Assembly (NCBI GenBank): GCA_944381115.1
Contig: CALWJV010000006.1
Span: forward strand, 15,559-79,558
Source of the DNA: an uncultured Clostridia bacterium
GTDB taxonomy: Bacteria > Bacillota > Clostridia > Oscillospirales > CAG-272
DNA: 64,000 bases
Reading direction: 5' to 3'
This document shows positions 51,342-60,178 of the stretch, piece by piece. The first letter of the stretch is position 1, and every line of letters begins with the position of its first letter. The position numbers and the translations under genes were made by a program. The notes under the pieces are model-generated. The model had not been told where the DNA came from. It worked only from the letters and a program-made list of their open reading frames with translations, and did no database searches.

Positions 51342-53860
51342 TATGCCGTCACCACTTTTGCTGCTTTTTGGAGTCCGAGTTTTTCAATAGCTTCCTCACG
51401 CATTTTATACTTAAGGATCTTTCCGGCTACATTCATCGGAAACTCCTTTACAAAGTCTATATATTTCGGTACTTTATGCCTTGCCATATGGGCATTGATA
51501 TATTCTTTCATCTCCTCGGAGGTCATGGTCTCACCGTCTTTCAGAATTATACAAGCCATTATCTCTTCACCGTACTGCTCATCGGGAACGCCTATTACCT
51601 GAACGTCCTTTACCTTCGGATGGGTATAGATGAACTCCTCTATTTCCTTCGGGTAAATATTCTCACCGCCGCGGATAATCATGTCTTTGAGACGACCGGT
51701 GATACGGTAGTTTCCTTCTTTCGTGCGGCAGGCAAGGTCTCCGGTATGGAGCCAGCCATCCTTGTCAATCGCGGAGGCGGTCGCCTTGGGCATCTTGTAG
51801 TATCCCTTCATTATGTTATAACCTCTTGCAACAAACTCGCCAGTGACCTCATCCGGACACTCTTCTCCCGTTTCTGGGTCAACTATCTTACATTCGATCT
51901 CAGGGAGCGCGCGTCCGACGGTTCCGACTCTGACTTCAATCGGGTCATCTGTCGAACTCATAGTACATCCGGGAGATGCCTCCGTCTGACCGTAAACTAT
52001 CGTTATTTCGTCCATGTGCATCTTCTTTATAACATCGCGCATAACGGAAATCGGGCAGGGGCTTCCAGCCATAATACCGGTACGCATATGCGAAAAATCG
52101 GTCTTTGCAAAGTCCTCATGTTCAAGAAGTGCAATAAACATCGTGGGAACTCCGTGGAATGCGGTTATCCTCTCGGCGTTTATACATGCAAGCGCCGGTT
52201 TCGGTGCGTAATACGGGAGCGGGAGGAGTGTAACTCCGTGTGTCATACTTGCGGTCATGGCAAGGACCATTCCGAAACAGTGGAACATCGGGACCTGTAT
52301 CATCATTCTGTCCGCGGTGGAAAGATCCATTCTGTCTCCGATACATTTACCGTTATTTACGACATTGTAATGAGTAAGCATAACGCCCTTGGGGAATCCC
52401 GTGGTTCCGGAAGTATACTGCATATTGCATACGTCATCCTTATCAACGGCGTCTGCTCTTCTGTATACCTCTTCGACCGGTACCATATCCGCCCTTGCTA
52501 TCGTCTCTTCCCATGTCAGACAGCCCTTTTGTTTAAATCCTACGGTAATTACGTTGCGGAGGAAAGGCAGACGGCGGCTGTGAAGAGGCGTTCCAGGTTT
52601 TGTATTTGCGAGTTCTGGACAAAGTTCTGCAATGATCTCAGAGTAATTTGAATCACGGTAACCGTCGATCATGACAAGCGTATGAGTATCTGACTGCTTC
52701 AAAAGGTATTCGGCCTCGTGAATCTTATATGCGGTGTTCATTGTGACGAGAACTGCTCCTATTTTCGTTACCGCCCAGAATGCTATATACCACTGAGGTA
52801 TATTCGTTGCCCAGACCGCTACGTGGTCTCCGGGCTTTACGTTAAGAGAGATAAGACTGCGGGCGAAAGTATCGACGTCCTTGCGGAACTCATAGTATGT
52901 TCTTGTATAGTCAAGCGTCGTGTACTTGAATGCAAGTTTATCGGGAAATTCCTCTACCATACGGTCAAGTACCTTCGGGAAGGTCAGATCGATCAGCATT
53001 TCCTTTTTCCAGATATATCTGCCGGTGTGGGCTTTGTTGTAATAAAGCGAGCTATCCGACTTTGAGGTGTCGCTGAACTGGCTCATAAAGTTTTCAAACT
53101 GTGACAGTACTATTTCGAGGTCATCGATCTCTTCGCACCATTTCGGATCCCATTCAAGTGAGATAAAGCCGTTATAGTTGACCGAACGCAGTGCGCAGAT
53201 AAGTTCGTTTATCGGGAGACTTCCCTCCCCCACAAGGCAATAATTTATGCCTTTATCAGTCTTTTCGGCATCCTTTATATGAATGTGCTTTACGTAAGCG
53301 CCAAGAGTTTCGATCGTGGTCTCGGGAGACTGTTCCGCTATAAAACAAGTGGAATAAACATCCCACAGTGCGGAAAGGCTGTCACTTGCAAAACTGTCGA
53401 GCATGTCGCGCAATTTTTTTGCGTCACTGAACAGTCCGCTTGTTTCAAGAAGGATGTCTACCCCTGCGTTTTCCGCTATGGGGAGTATTTGGGAAAGGAA
53501 TCCACGCACTGTATCAAAATCGTTTTCTCCGTGGGAGGACGCATGTACTCTTATATAAGGTATATGAAGGTTTTCGGCGATCTTTATGCACTCTTTGAGT
53601 TCTTCCATTGCCTCTTCGGACTTTTCCGTATCGGCGGGATCGCATATGCTGTCTATGCACGGAATGCTGAGTTTCATCTCATAAAGTCTTCTGAGCGTTG
53701 CGGCGGTCGCGTATTCATTGAATGCGCTATCACTGCTTGTAAAGAGTTTGTTTTTTATATTGTGAAGTTCTATTCCGGAAAAGCGAAGATCTTTTGCTAT
53801 ATCGCAAAACTGCTCAAAACTTTTTCCGTGCCAACCCTTTGTTGAAAATGAAAGTTTCAT
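51341..53860 (-). CDS. Fusion: xylose isomerase-like TIM barrel plus AMP-forming acyl-CoA synthetase
   Basis: aa ~1-260: LLET, WD, HIHIKD, SLEW; C-terminal part: YTSGTTGFPKG, YGQTE, GWLHTGD, GRLKDMIIRGGEN, GKILK. Confidence 0.9.
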   Translation of the reverse strand: MKLSFSTKGWHGKSFEQFCDIAKDLRFSGIELHNIKNKLFTSSDSAFNEYATAATLRRLYEMKLSIPCIDSICDPADTEKSEEAMEELKECIKIAENLHIPYIRVHASSHGENDFDTVRGFLSQILPIAENAGVDILLETSGLFSDAKKLRDMLDSFASDSLSALWDVYSTCFIAEQSPETTIETLGAYVKHIHIKDAEKTDKGINYCLVGEGSLPINELICALRSVNYNGFISLEWDPKWCEEIDDLEIVLSQFENFMSQFSDTSKSDSSLYYNKAHTGRYIWKKEMLIDLTFPKVLDRMVEEFPDKLAFKYTTLDYTRTYYEFRKDVDTFARSLISLNVKPGDHVAVWATNIPQWYIAFWAVTKIGAVLVTMNTAYKIHEAEYLLKQSDTHTLVMIDGYRDSNYSEIIAELCPELANTKPGTPLHSRRLPFLRNVITVGFKQKGCLTWEETIARADMVPVEEVYRRADAVDKDDVCNMQYTSGTTGFPKGVMLTHYNVVNNGKCIGDRMDLSTADRMMIQVPMFHCFGMVLAMTASMTHGVTLLPLPYYAPKPALACINAERITAFHGVPTMFIALLEHEDFAKTDFSHMRTGIMAGSPCPISVMRDVIKKMHMDEITIVYGQTEASPGCTMSSTDDPIEVRVGTVGRALPEIECKIVDPETGEECPDEVTGEFVARGYNIMKGYYKMPKATASAIDKDGWLHTGDLACRTKEGNYRITGRLKDMIIRGGENIYPKEIEEFIYTHPKVKDVQVIGVPDEQYGEEIMACIILKDGETMTSEEMKEYINAHMARHKVPKYIDFVKEFPMNVAGKILKYKMREEAIEKLGLQKAAKVVTA

Positions 53861-55248
53861 TTTGTTTTCTCCTCATACACTGTTTTGTTTACCGCATTGA
53901 TATAAGCCTTTATTGATGCTTCCATTATATCGGTGGAAATGCCGTTTCCGGAGTAAACCTTACCGTCGTTACGGAGTTTTACCAAAGCATATCCCATGGC
54001 TTCCTGTCCTTCAGTTACCGACTGTATCTGGAAATCGTCCAGTTCGAAACGGCGTCCTATTATCTGACTGAGCGTCTTAAATGAGGCGTCTATCGGGCCG
54101 TCTCCTGTTGAGATTCCGCTTATATATTTTCCGTCTTTTTCAAGTTTTATCTGAGCGGACGAATCAATTATATTACCGTTATTTATAAGGTAACTTACGA
54201 GTTTGTACGTCGGCGGTACTTGAAGCGCAACACTCGATACTATCGCATCAAGATCCTTTGCAGTTATCTTTTTCTTCTCCGCAACACGTTTGAACTCCTC
54301 ATAAACTCTTTTAAGATCGTCATCCGAAAGGTCGTATCCGAGTTTCTTTACGGCGTCAAAAATACTTTCCTCGCTGTCGTGTACATCGAATACATTTACA
54401 TTGTCGGAAATTTCGATCTTAGTAGATGCGTTAACTTTCTTACCGCCTTCAATCCACTCTATCTGATTTACACTGCGGTTAAGTATATTGTAATTTATAC
54501 CGGAGAAAAGCCCGCATCTTTCTCCGCAACCGAAAAGTATCTTTGCAAAATCGTCAAGTCCGGTGATATCCTTTTTGCCTACACAGCATTTTATTTCATC
54601 AACACTGGCCTTTGCCGCCATGACTGCGGAAGCGCTTGCCATACCGTTCGTGTTTTTACATACCACGCCGACAGTAACTTTTTCAAGTTCCGGTATGTTT
54701 GTATAAGTATCTTTTATAAAAGCGGCAAATTCGTCTGGAAGCATTGCGCCTTCGTCATCGCAAAGGGTTACGGCTTTTACTCCCGCGTCTATTGCGCCGA
54801 TTACCATTTCACGAAGGAATGCACTGTCGGCGCGTGTTGCGTCTTCGGCATAAAACTCCACATTTTCGCATTTTGCCGTTGCCGCGGCAAAAATCTCTTT
54901 TGCAAAAATCACCATTTTTGCCGGTTTTTTATGATAAACATACTCCATCTGTATCGAGGAAACAGGGAGCCTTACTGCCATACGGGCATTTTTCGAGCCG
55001 GATATCGCGGCGGCGGCGGCATCTATGCTTTCCGTGCTGCTTCCTGATTCTACACAGAGGGCACTGTTTTTTATAAATGCGGAAACTGTACGTATAAGAA
55101 GCGAATCCGCTTTTGTATTCTCTATCTTCGGCATATATATAACATCAACATTAAGGTTATCAAGGCATCTTGCGACCTCAATCTTTTCTTTAAATGATAA
55201 TGTCGGATAGACTGTAAGAGTCATATCAGAAATTATAATCTTTTTCAC
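53857..55248 (-). CDS. LeuA (2-isopropylmalate synthase)-like protein with degenerate catalytic domain and intact regulatory domain
   Basis: VEFYAEDATRAD and LPDEF recognisable; GDGPIDA and STDIMEASIKAYINA retained; DRE and HxH motifs absent; GTG start after GAAAGG. Confidence 0.85.
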   Translation of the reverse strand: MKKIIISDMTLTVYPTLSFKEKIEVARCLDNLNVDVIYMPKIENTKADSLLIRTVSAFIKNSALCVESGSSTESIDAAAAAISGSKNARMAVRLPVSSIQMEYVYHKKPAKMVIFAKEIFAAATAKCENVEFYAEDATRADSAFLREMVIGAIDAGVKAVTLCDDEGAMLPDEFAAFIKDTYTNIPELEKVTVGVVCKNTNGMASASAVMAAKASVDEIKCCVGKKDITGLDDFAKILFGCGERCGLFSGINYNILNRSVNQIEWIEGGKKVNASTKIEISDNVNVFDVHDSEESIFDAVKKLGYDLSDDDLKRVYEEFKRVAEKKKITAKDLDAIVSSVALQVPPTYKLVSYLINNGNIIDSSAQIKLEKDGKYISGISTGDGPIDASFKTLSQIIGRRFELDDFQIQSVTEGQEAMGYALVKLRNDGKVYSGNGISTDIMEASIKAYINAVNKTVYEEKTK

Positions 55249-55277
55249 TTTGTTTTCCTTCTTTCTTCTGTTTTTAT

Positions 55278-55560
55278 AAAAAAAGCCCCCGAAGCCATAA
55301 TGGCTTCAGGGGCGAATTTATCCGTGTTACCACCCTGTTTACCGCAAAATACGGTCACTCTGTGAGGCTCTGACAAGCCTTTTGCCTTGATAACGGAGCA
55401 ATCCGGAATCTCTTAATGAACCATGCTTGTACGGCAAAACAGGTCTGTTCGGAGATTCTGCTCGGGAATGAGACTTTATCCGTCTTCCGCATATCGGACT
55501 TACACCAAATGCCGACTCTCTGTGACGCTTTCAAACGGAAAATAATTCCTTCTTAGCATT
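55278..55560 (-). ncRNA. T-box riboswitch, probable Leu specifier (CUC)
   Basis: Stem I with AGAGA and GGUG, specifier CUC-A at 55472-55469 before closing UUCC, CCGUUAUC box, T-box AGGGUGGUAACACG (55336-55323), terminator hairpin 55278-55313 with U-tract. Confidence 0.9.
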
Positions 55561-55583
55561 TTCTCATGTTTGACAACGAATTA

Positions 55584-55612
55584 ATTATACCACAAAGAAA
55601 GACACTTTTCAA
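55584..55612 (-). promoter_or_regulatory. Sigma-A promoter of the Leu T-box operon
   Basis: Minus strand TTGAAA-17 bp-TATAAT with TG extension. Confidence 0.7.
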
Positions 55613-55662
55613 TGTATAAATTATGAATTTTCTGGGTAATTTTTTGATATTTACTATCAATA

Positions 55663-56727
55663 TTACTTTATCGGGACTGTCCAGCCGTACTTATCTTCAA
55701 TCTTACCCCACTGGATTCCGGTAAGAGTATCATAAAGATGAGAGGTTACCTCTCCGATCTTTCCGTCGTTGATTATGTACTTGACATCTTTATAGCAGAG
55801 TTCGCCAATAGGAGAAACAACAGCCGCCGTTCCGGTTCCCCATGCCTCTTCGAGTTTGCCGTCTGCAAGAGCCTTACCGATCTCATCGATGCTTATGCGT
55901 CTTTCGCTGACTTTATATCCTTCTGCTCTGAGAATTTCGAGGCACGACTTTCTTGTTATACCGGGAAGTATGGATCCGGTAAGTTGAGGAGTTACGACCT
56001 CGCCGTCGATCTTAAACATTACGTTCATTGCACCGACCTCTTCGATATATTTACGTTCTACACCGTCAAGCCAGAGTACCTGAGAATAACCCTTTTCTTC
56101 CGCCTTTTCGCCTGCACGGTTACTTGCGGCATAGTTACCTCCGCACTTTGCTTCTCCGGTACCGCCTCTTACGGCTCTGACGTCTTCCGCTTCTATCATG
56201 ATCTTAACGGGGTTTATACCCTCTTTATAATAACTTCCGACGGGAGATGTGATGATCATAAATGTTGCATGCTTTACGGAATGAACTCCGAGAGTCTCGT
56301 CGTTTCCGAACATAAACGGACGGATGTAAAGCGATGTTCCGGGTGCAGAAGGTACCCAATCTTGCTCGAATTTAATAAATTCGGTAAGAATTTGCATTGC
56401 GGTATCTTCCGGTATCTGCGGAAGGCAGAGACGCTCTGCGGAACGGTTCATCCTGCGTATGTTTTCCATCGGTCTGAAAAGTTGAACACTTCCATCGGAC
56501 TTTCTATACGCTTTGAGACCTTCGAAGACCTCGGAGCCGTAATGAAGTGCCGTACATGCGGGATGAAGTTCTATCTTTCCGAACGGAACTATTCTTGCAT
56601 CATGCCAGCCTTTTTCGGGATTATATTCCATAATGAACATATGATCGGTAAAATATTTACCGAATCCGAGTACAGAAGCCTCGGGCTTTACCGCCGGAGC
56701 GGTCGTTTTTGTTATTTTGATTTCCAT
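55663..56727 (-). CDS. ilvE: Branched-chain amino acid aminotransferase
   Basis: FGKYFTDHM, FEGLKAY, LYIRPF, AKCGGNYA (PLP Lys), EEVGAMN, ILPGITR. Confidence 0.96.
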   Translation of the reverse strand: MEIKITKTTAPAVKPEASVLGFGKYFTDHMFIMEYNPEKGWHDARIVPFGKIELHPACTALHYGSEVFEGLKAYRKSDGSVQLFRPMENIRRMNRSAERLCLPQIPEDTAMQILTEFIKFEQDWVPSAPGTSLYIRPFMFGNDETLGVHSVKHATFMIITSPVGSYYKEGINPVKIMIEAEDVRAVRGGTGEAKCGGNYAASNRAGEKAEEKGYSQVLWLDGVERKYIEEVGAMNVMFKIDGEVVTPQLTGSILPGITRKSCLEILRAEGYKVSERRISIDEIGKALADGKLEEAWGTGTAAVVSPIGELCYKDVKYIINDGKIGEVTSHLYDTLTGIQWGKIEDKYGWTVPIK

Positions 56728-56904
56728 GACTTATTCATCTCCGAAATTAAATCAAATTTTTGTCGTCCGGCAGATCCGAAAGACTTTCCGTAACGGAAAA
56801 ACCTTCGAAAATTACCGTGCGTAATAAAATCTCAGTATTCTGAATCGCCGGTCTTGCATGTCTTTTTTCTTAACTCATACGAAAGACATACTATTTACCG
56901 GTTT

Positions 56905-57450
56905 TCAGTTTTCTTTATAGTTTTTTCCGAGGATCATTGCACTTAGATTGGTTTCGAGCATATCGATATGTCTTGCCGAAATTACTTTTTTCAGTGCGGC
57001 ATCAACTGCTTCCTTGTCGTCAAACTCTCCGTTCTCCTTAAGAACTTTACCCATAATGATCATGTTTGCAAGAGTAGGAATATTGTTATCCGACGCCATC
57101 TGTGTTGCTGGAATATAGAAAACGTTTACATCCGCTCTCTTTACCTTGCGATCTATAAGTGTTGAATCAACATAGATCGTTCCACCGGGAACGACGCTGT
57201 CCTCGTATCTGTCAAGTGACGGAAGGTTCATTGCGATAAGTACATCTGGTTTTGAAACTATCGGAGAACCGACCGGTATGTCGCTTATAATAACGCTACA
57301 ACTTGCGGTTCCTCCTCTCATTTCGGGTCCGTATGAAGGAAGCCAACTTACATTCGCACCGTCTATAAGGCCTTTATAAGCAAGGAATTTTCCTGCAAAC
57401 AGAATTCCCTGACCGCCGAATCCGGCGATAAGATACTGTGTTGTTTTCAT
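56905..57450 (-). CDS. 2-oxoacid:ferredoxin oxidoreductase gamma subunit
   Basis: [17 protein letters not shown]; ATG 57450 after AAGGAG. Confidence 0.93.
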   Translation of the reverse strand: MKTTQYLIAGFGGQGILFAGKFLAYKGLIDGANVSWLPSYGPEMRGGTASCSVIISDIPVGSPIVSKPDVLIAMNLPSLDRYEDSVVPGGTIYVDSTLIDRKVKRADVNVFYIPATQMASDNNIPTLANMIIMGKVLKENGEFDDKEAVDAALKKVISARHIDMLETNLSAMILGKNYKEN

Positions 57451-57463
57451 TGTATTTTCCTCC

Positions 57464-58207
57464 TTATTTCTGTGCAGATCTGTCCTTATATACACCAAGA
57501 GGGTAATAAGGAATCATTTTTTCATCGATCCACTTGAGAGCCTTTTCCGGAGTAAGTCCCCAGTTAGTCGGACAACTTGAAATTACTTCAACAAAGGAAA
57601 ATCCCTTTCCGTTTACCTGGTTTTCAAAAGCCTTCTTTATGGCCTTTTTTGCATTTTTTATGTTCTTAACATTATTTACGGCAACACGCTCAATGTACTC
57701 GGGACCGTCAAGTTGCGAAAGCATCTCACAGACCTTTATCGGGTAACCGCAGAGGTTTACGTCTCTTCCGTAAGGAGATGTCTGCGTGACCTGTCCGGGA
57801 AGGGATGTAGGAGCCATCTGTCCGCCTGTCATACCGTATATTGCGTTATTAATAAATATAATAGTAATATTTTCATTTCTTGCGGCGGAGTGGACCGTTT
57901 CTGCCATACCTATGGAAGCCAGGTCTCCGTCACCCTGATATGTAAATACTATGTTCTCGGGGTCGGAACGTTTTACACCTGTTGCAACTGCCGGAGCACG
58001 TCCGTGAGCCGCTTCTATCATATCACAGTTAAAATAATCATATGCCATAACAGAACAGCCGACAGGTGCTATTCCGATCGTTCTGCCTTCTATTCCGAGT
58101 TCATCGATTACCTCGGCAACAAGACGGTGGATTATACCGTGTGTACATCCGGGACAGTAATGAAACGGTACGTCGGAAAGAGCATGCGGTTTATCAAATA
58201 CTACCAT
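57464..58207 (-). CDS. 2-oxoacid:ferredoxin oxidoreductase beta subunit (TPP-binding)
   Basis: YCPGCTHG, HGRAPAVATG, GDGD...NN TPP motif, YGMTGGQ, CPTNW. Confidence 0.93.
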   Translation of the reverse strand: MVVFDKPHALSDVPFHYCPGCTHGIIHRLVAEVIDELGIEGRTIGIAPVGCSVMAYDYFNCDMIEAAHGRAPAVATGVKRSDPENIVFTYQGDGDLASIGMAETVHSAARNENITIIFINNAIYGMTGGQMAPTSLPGQVTQTSPYGRDVNLCGYPIKVCEMLSQLDGPEYIERVAVNNVKNIKNAKKAIKKAFENQVNGKGFSFVEVISSCPTNWGLTPEKALKWIDEKMIPYYPLGVYKDRSAQK

Positions 58208-59274
58208 TAGTTATTACCTCCTTTTTCCGCCGCGGCTTCTATTGCGGCAAGTACCTGCTCCGGAGACGGTATCATACCTCCAGTACGGTTGCAAAGCGTT
58301 ACATCCGCTTTTCCGTTTACGGCAAGTTTTATGTCTTCGATCATCTGACCCATCGAAAGTTCAACGGATATAAACGTTTTTGCTTTTTCTGCCGCTTTTG
58401 CAATTTGCTTTTCTGGGAACGGCCAAAGCGTTATAGGTCTGATCATACCCGCTTTAATACCTTTTTTGCGTGCCTCGTTAATAGCGTTCTTGGAAACACG
58501 AGCAGCAATACCGAATGCTACAATGCAGATCTCCGCATCTTCCATAAGATAATCTTCATATCTGACTTCGTTCTGCTTTATTGTCTCGTAACGCTGATAG
58601 CGATCATAGTTTGTTTTTTCAAGAATTTCGGGTTTGAGGAAGAGAGAGTTTATTATGTTATGCTTTCTCTGCATCTTAGTTCCAGTGACCGCCCATGGTT
58701 TTTCTATGCTCTTTTCTACCGGAATGTCAAGGGAAACAGGCTCCATCATCTGTCCCATCGTTCCATCTGCAAGGATCATAGAAGTCATGCGGTATTTATC
58801 CGCAAGTTCAAATCCTTTGACGGTAAGTTCCGCCATTTCCTGAACGGAAGCAGGGGCAAGAACAATCATATGGAAATCTCCGTGAGCTCCACCCTTTGTT
58901 GCCTGGAAGTAGTCGGACTGCGAGGGCTGAATACCCCCGAGTCCCGGCCCGCCTCTCTGAACATTTATGACAAGTGCCGGAAGATCGGCTCCTGCCAGAT
59001 ATGACAAGCCTTCTCCTTTAAGAGATATTCCGGGACTGCTTGAAGATGTCATTACACGCTTGCCCGTTGAGGATACGCCGTATACCATGTTAATCGCTGC
59101 GATCTCGCTCTCGGCTTGAAGAAATACTCCGCCTATTTTAGGCATTCTTTTTGCCATGTAAGCAGCAATCTCGGTCTGAGGTGTTATCGGATAGCCGAAA
59201 TAATGTCTGCATCCTGCGATGATAGCCGCTTCGGCAATCGCTTCGTTACCTTTCATTAAAACCTTATCTGCCAT
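58207..59274 (-). CDS. vorB: 2-ketoisovalerate:ferredoxin oxidoreductase alpha-type subunit (VorB family)
   Basis: GYPITPQTE, QAESEIAAINM, TSSSSPGISL, RGGPGLG, QSDYFQATKGG. Confidence 0.88.
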   Translation of the reverse strand: MADKVLMKGNEAIAEAAIIAGCRHYFGYPITPQTEIAAYMAKRMPKIGGVFLQAESEIAAINMVYGVSSTGKRVMTSSSSPGISLKGEGLSYLAGADLPALVINVQRGGPGLGGIQPSQSDYFQATKGGAHGDFHMIVLAPASVQEMAELTVKGFELADKYRMTSMILADGTMGQMMEPVSLDIPVEKSIEKPWAVTGTKMQRKHNIINSLFLKPEILEKTNYDRYQRYETIKQNEVRYEDYLMEDAEICIVAFGIAARVSKNAINEARKKGIKAGMIRPITLWPFPEKQIAKAAEKAKTFISVELSMGQMIEDIKLAVNGKADVTLCNRTGGMIPSPEQVLAAIEAAAEKGGNN

Positions 59275-59283
59275 TTTAAAGTC

Positions 59284-59490
59284 CTACCTTTCTACCTTGA
59301 TTATACAGTCAGGACACATCGTAGCACAGAATGCGCAGCCAATGCATGCGACCTCGTTTACTGCTTCTACTGGGTGATGTCCTTTTTGATTGATTTTGTC
59401 GGCGGCAAGTGCAAGTACGCCTTTTGGGCAGACGCCTACGCAAAGACCGCATCCCTTACAATTGTCGGTTTTAAATGTCAGTTTTGCCAT
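59284..59490 (-). CDS. 2[4Fe-4S] ferredoxin (oxidoreductase delta subunit)
   Basis: Two CxxCxxCxxxCP motifs. Confidence 0.93.
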   Translation of the reverse strand: MAKLTFKTDNCKGCGLCVGVCPKGVLALAADKINQKGHHPVEAVNEVACIGCAFCATMCPDCIIKVER

Positions 59491-59504
59491 TGTAAACTCT
59501 CCTT

Positions 59505-60164
59505 TTACATATATTTTTGCAAATTTATCGGATATAAATTTTTTATCTTTCCTTCAAGTTCCGGCAGAAGTTTTTTATACACTGTTGTATAAGCTATCGG
59601 AAGACCCGTTCTTTTTGCGACCTCTTCTACAAACGGTACTGATAAAAGAACTGTATTCGTGTCTGTCTCTTTGCCTAAATTGGAGTTATTTATGATAGAG
59701 GTAAATTTTAGTCTGCACGCCTGTTCTATCTCCGTCATGACCTCTATGGCACTTTCAGGAGTACTTGTAAGCGGTCTGTATTTATTTACCACATATATCA
59801 TTTCGTAATTGTTTTCCTGCTGTATCTTCGGAACCAGTCTTCCCAGAGCCAAAGCACCCCGCTCGTCTCCTCCAACGTCAAGTATACTGTAAAGCGTCTT
59901 GTCATCGGTAACAGCATACATCTCCTGAGGGAGCGCCGGAATATCAACATTGCTGTTAGCATATTTTGAGCAGATCAGCCGTATACCGTTTTTATTCAGT
60001 AGATCTTCGCTGTCCTTTGTACGGAAATACGGATTGACTATATCGATGTCCGCTATCGCGGTATTTTCGTGTTGTTTTTTTAGATCGAGTGAAAGGGATA
60101 CGGCAATATTTGTCTTACCGCTTCCGTAATGTCCCGATATTATAGTAATTCGTTTGAAATCCAT
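59505..60164 (-). CDS. P-loop ATPase (MinD/ParA/CobQ-like) associated with vor genes
   Basis: GHYGSGKTN, DIDIVNPYFRT, LDVGGD; ATG 60164 after GAGG. Confidence 0.85.
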   Translation of the reverse strand: MDFKRITIISGHYGSGKTNIAVSLSLDLKKQHENTAIADIDIVNPYFRTKDSEDLLNKNGIRLICSKYANSNVDIPALPQEMYAVTDDKTLYSILDVGGDERGALALGRLVPKIQQENNYEMIYVVNKYRPLTSTPESAIEVMTEIEQACRLKFTSIINNSNLGKETDTNTVLLSVPFVEEVAKRTGLPIAYTTVYKKLLPELEGKIKNLYPINLQKYM

Positions 60165-60178
60165 CGCGTTGCCTCTTA

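Noticed and set aside
51368-52651. 427-aa plus-strand ORF (likewise 50808-51602, 54220-55047, 55738-56793, 58066-59004)
   Set aside because: Antisense shadows of well-supported minus-strand genes; no recognisable motifs; expected from codon bias in a GC-richer block
56728-56904. Small hairpins between the Vor gamma gene and ilvE
   Set aside because: Short stems (e.g. TTTCCG-TAA-CGGAAA) without a clear U-tract, promoter or T-box motif; no function can be supported
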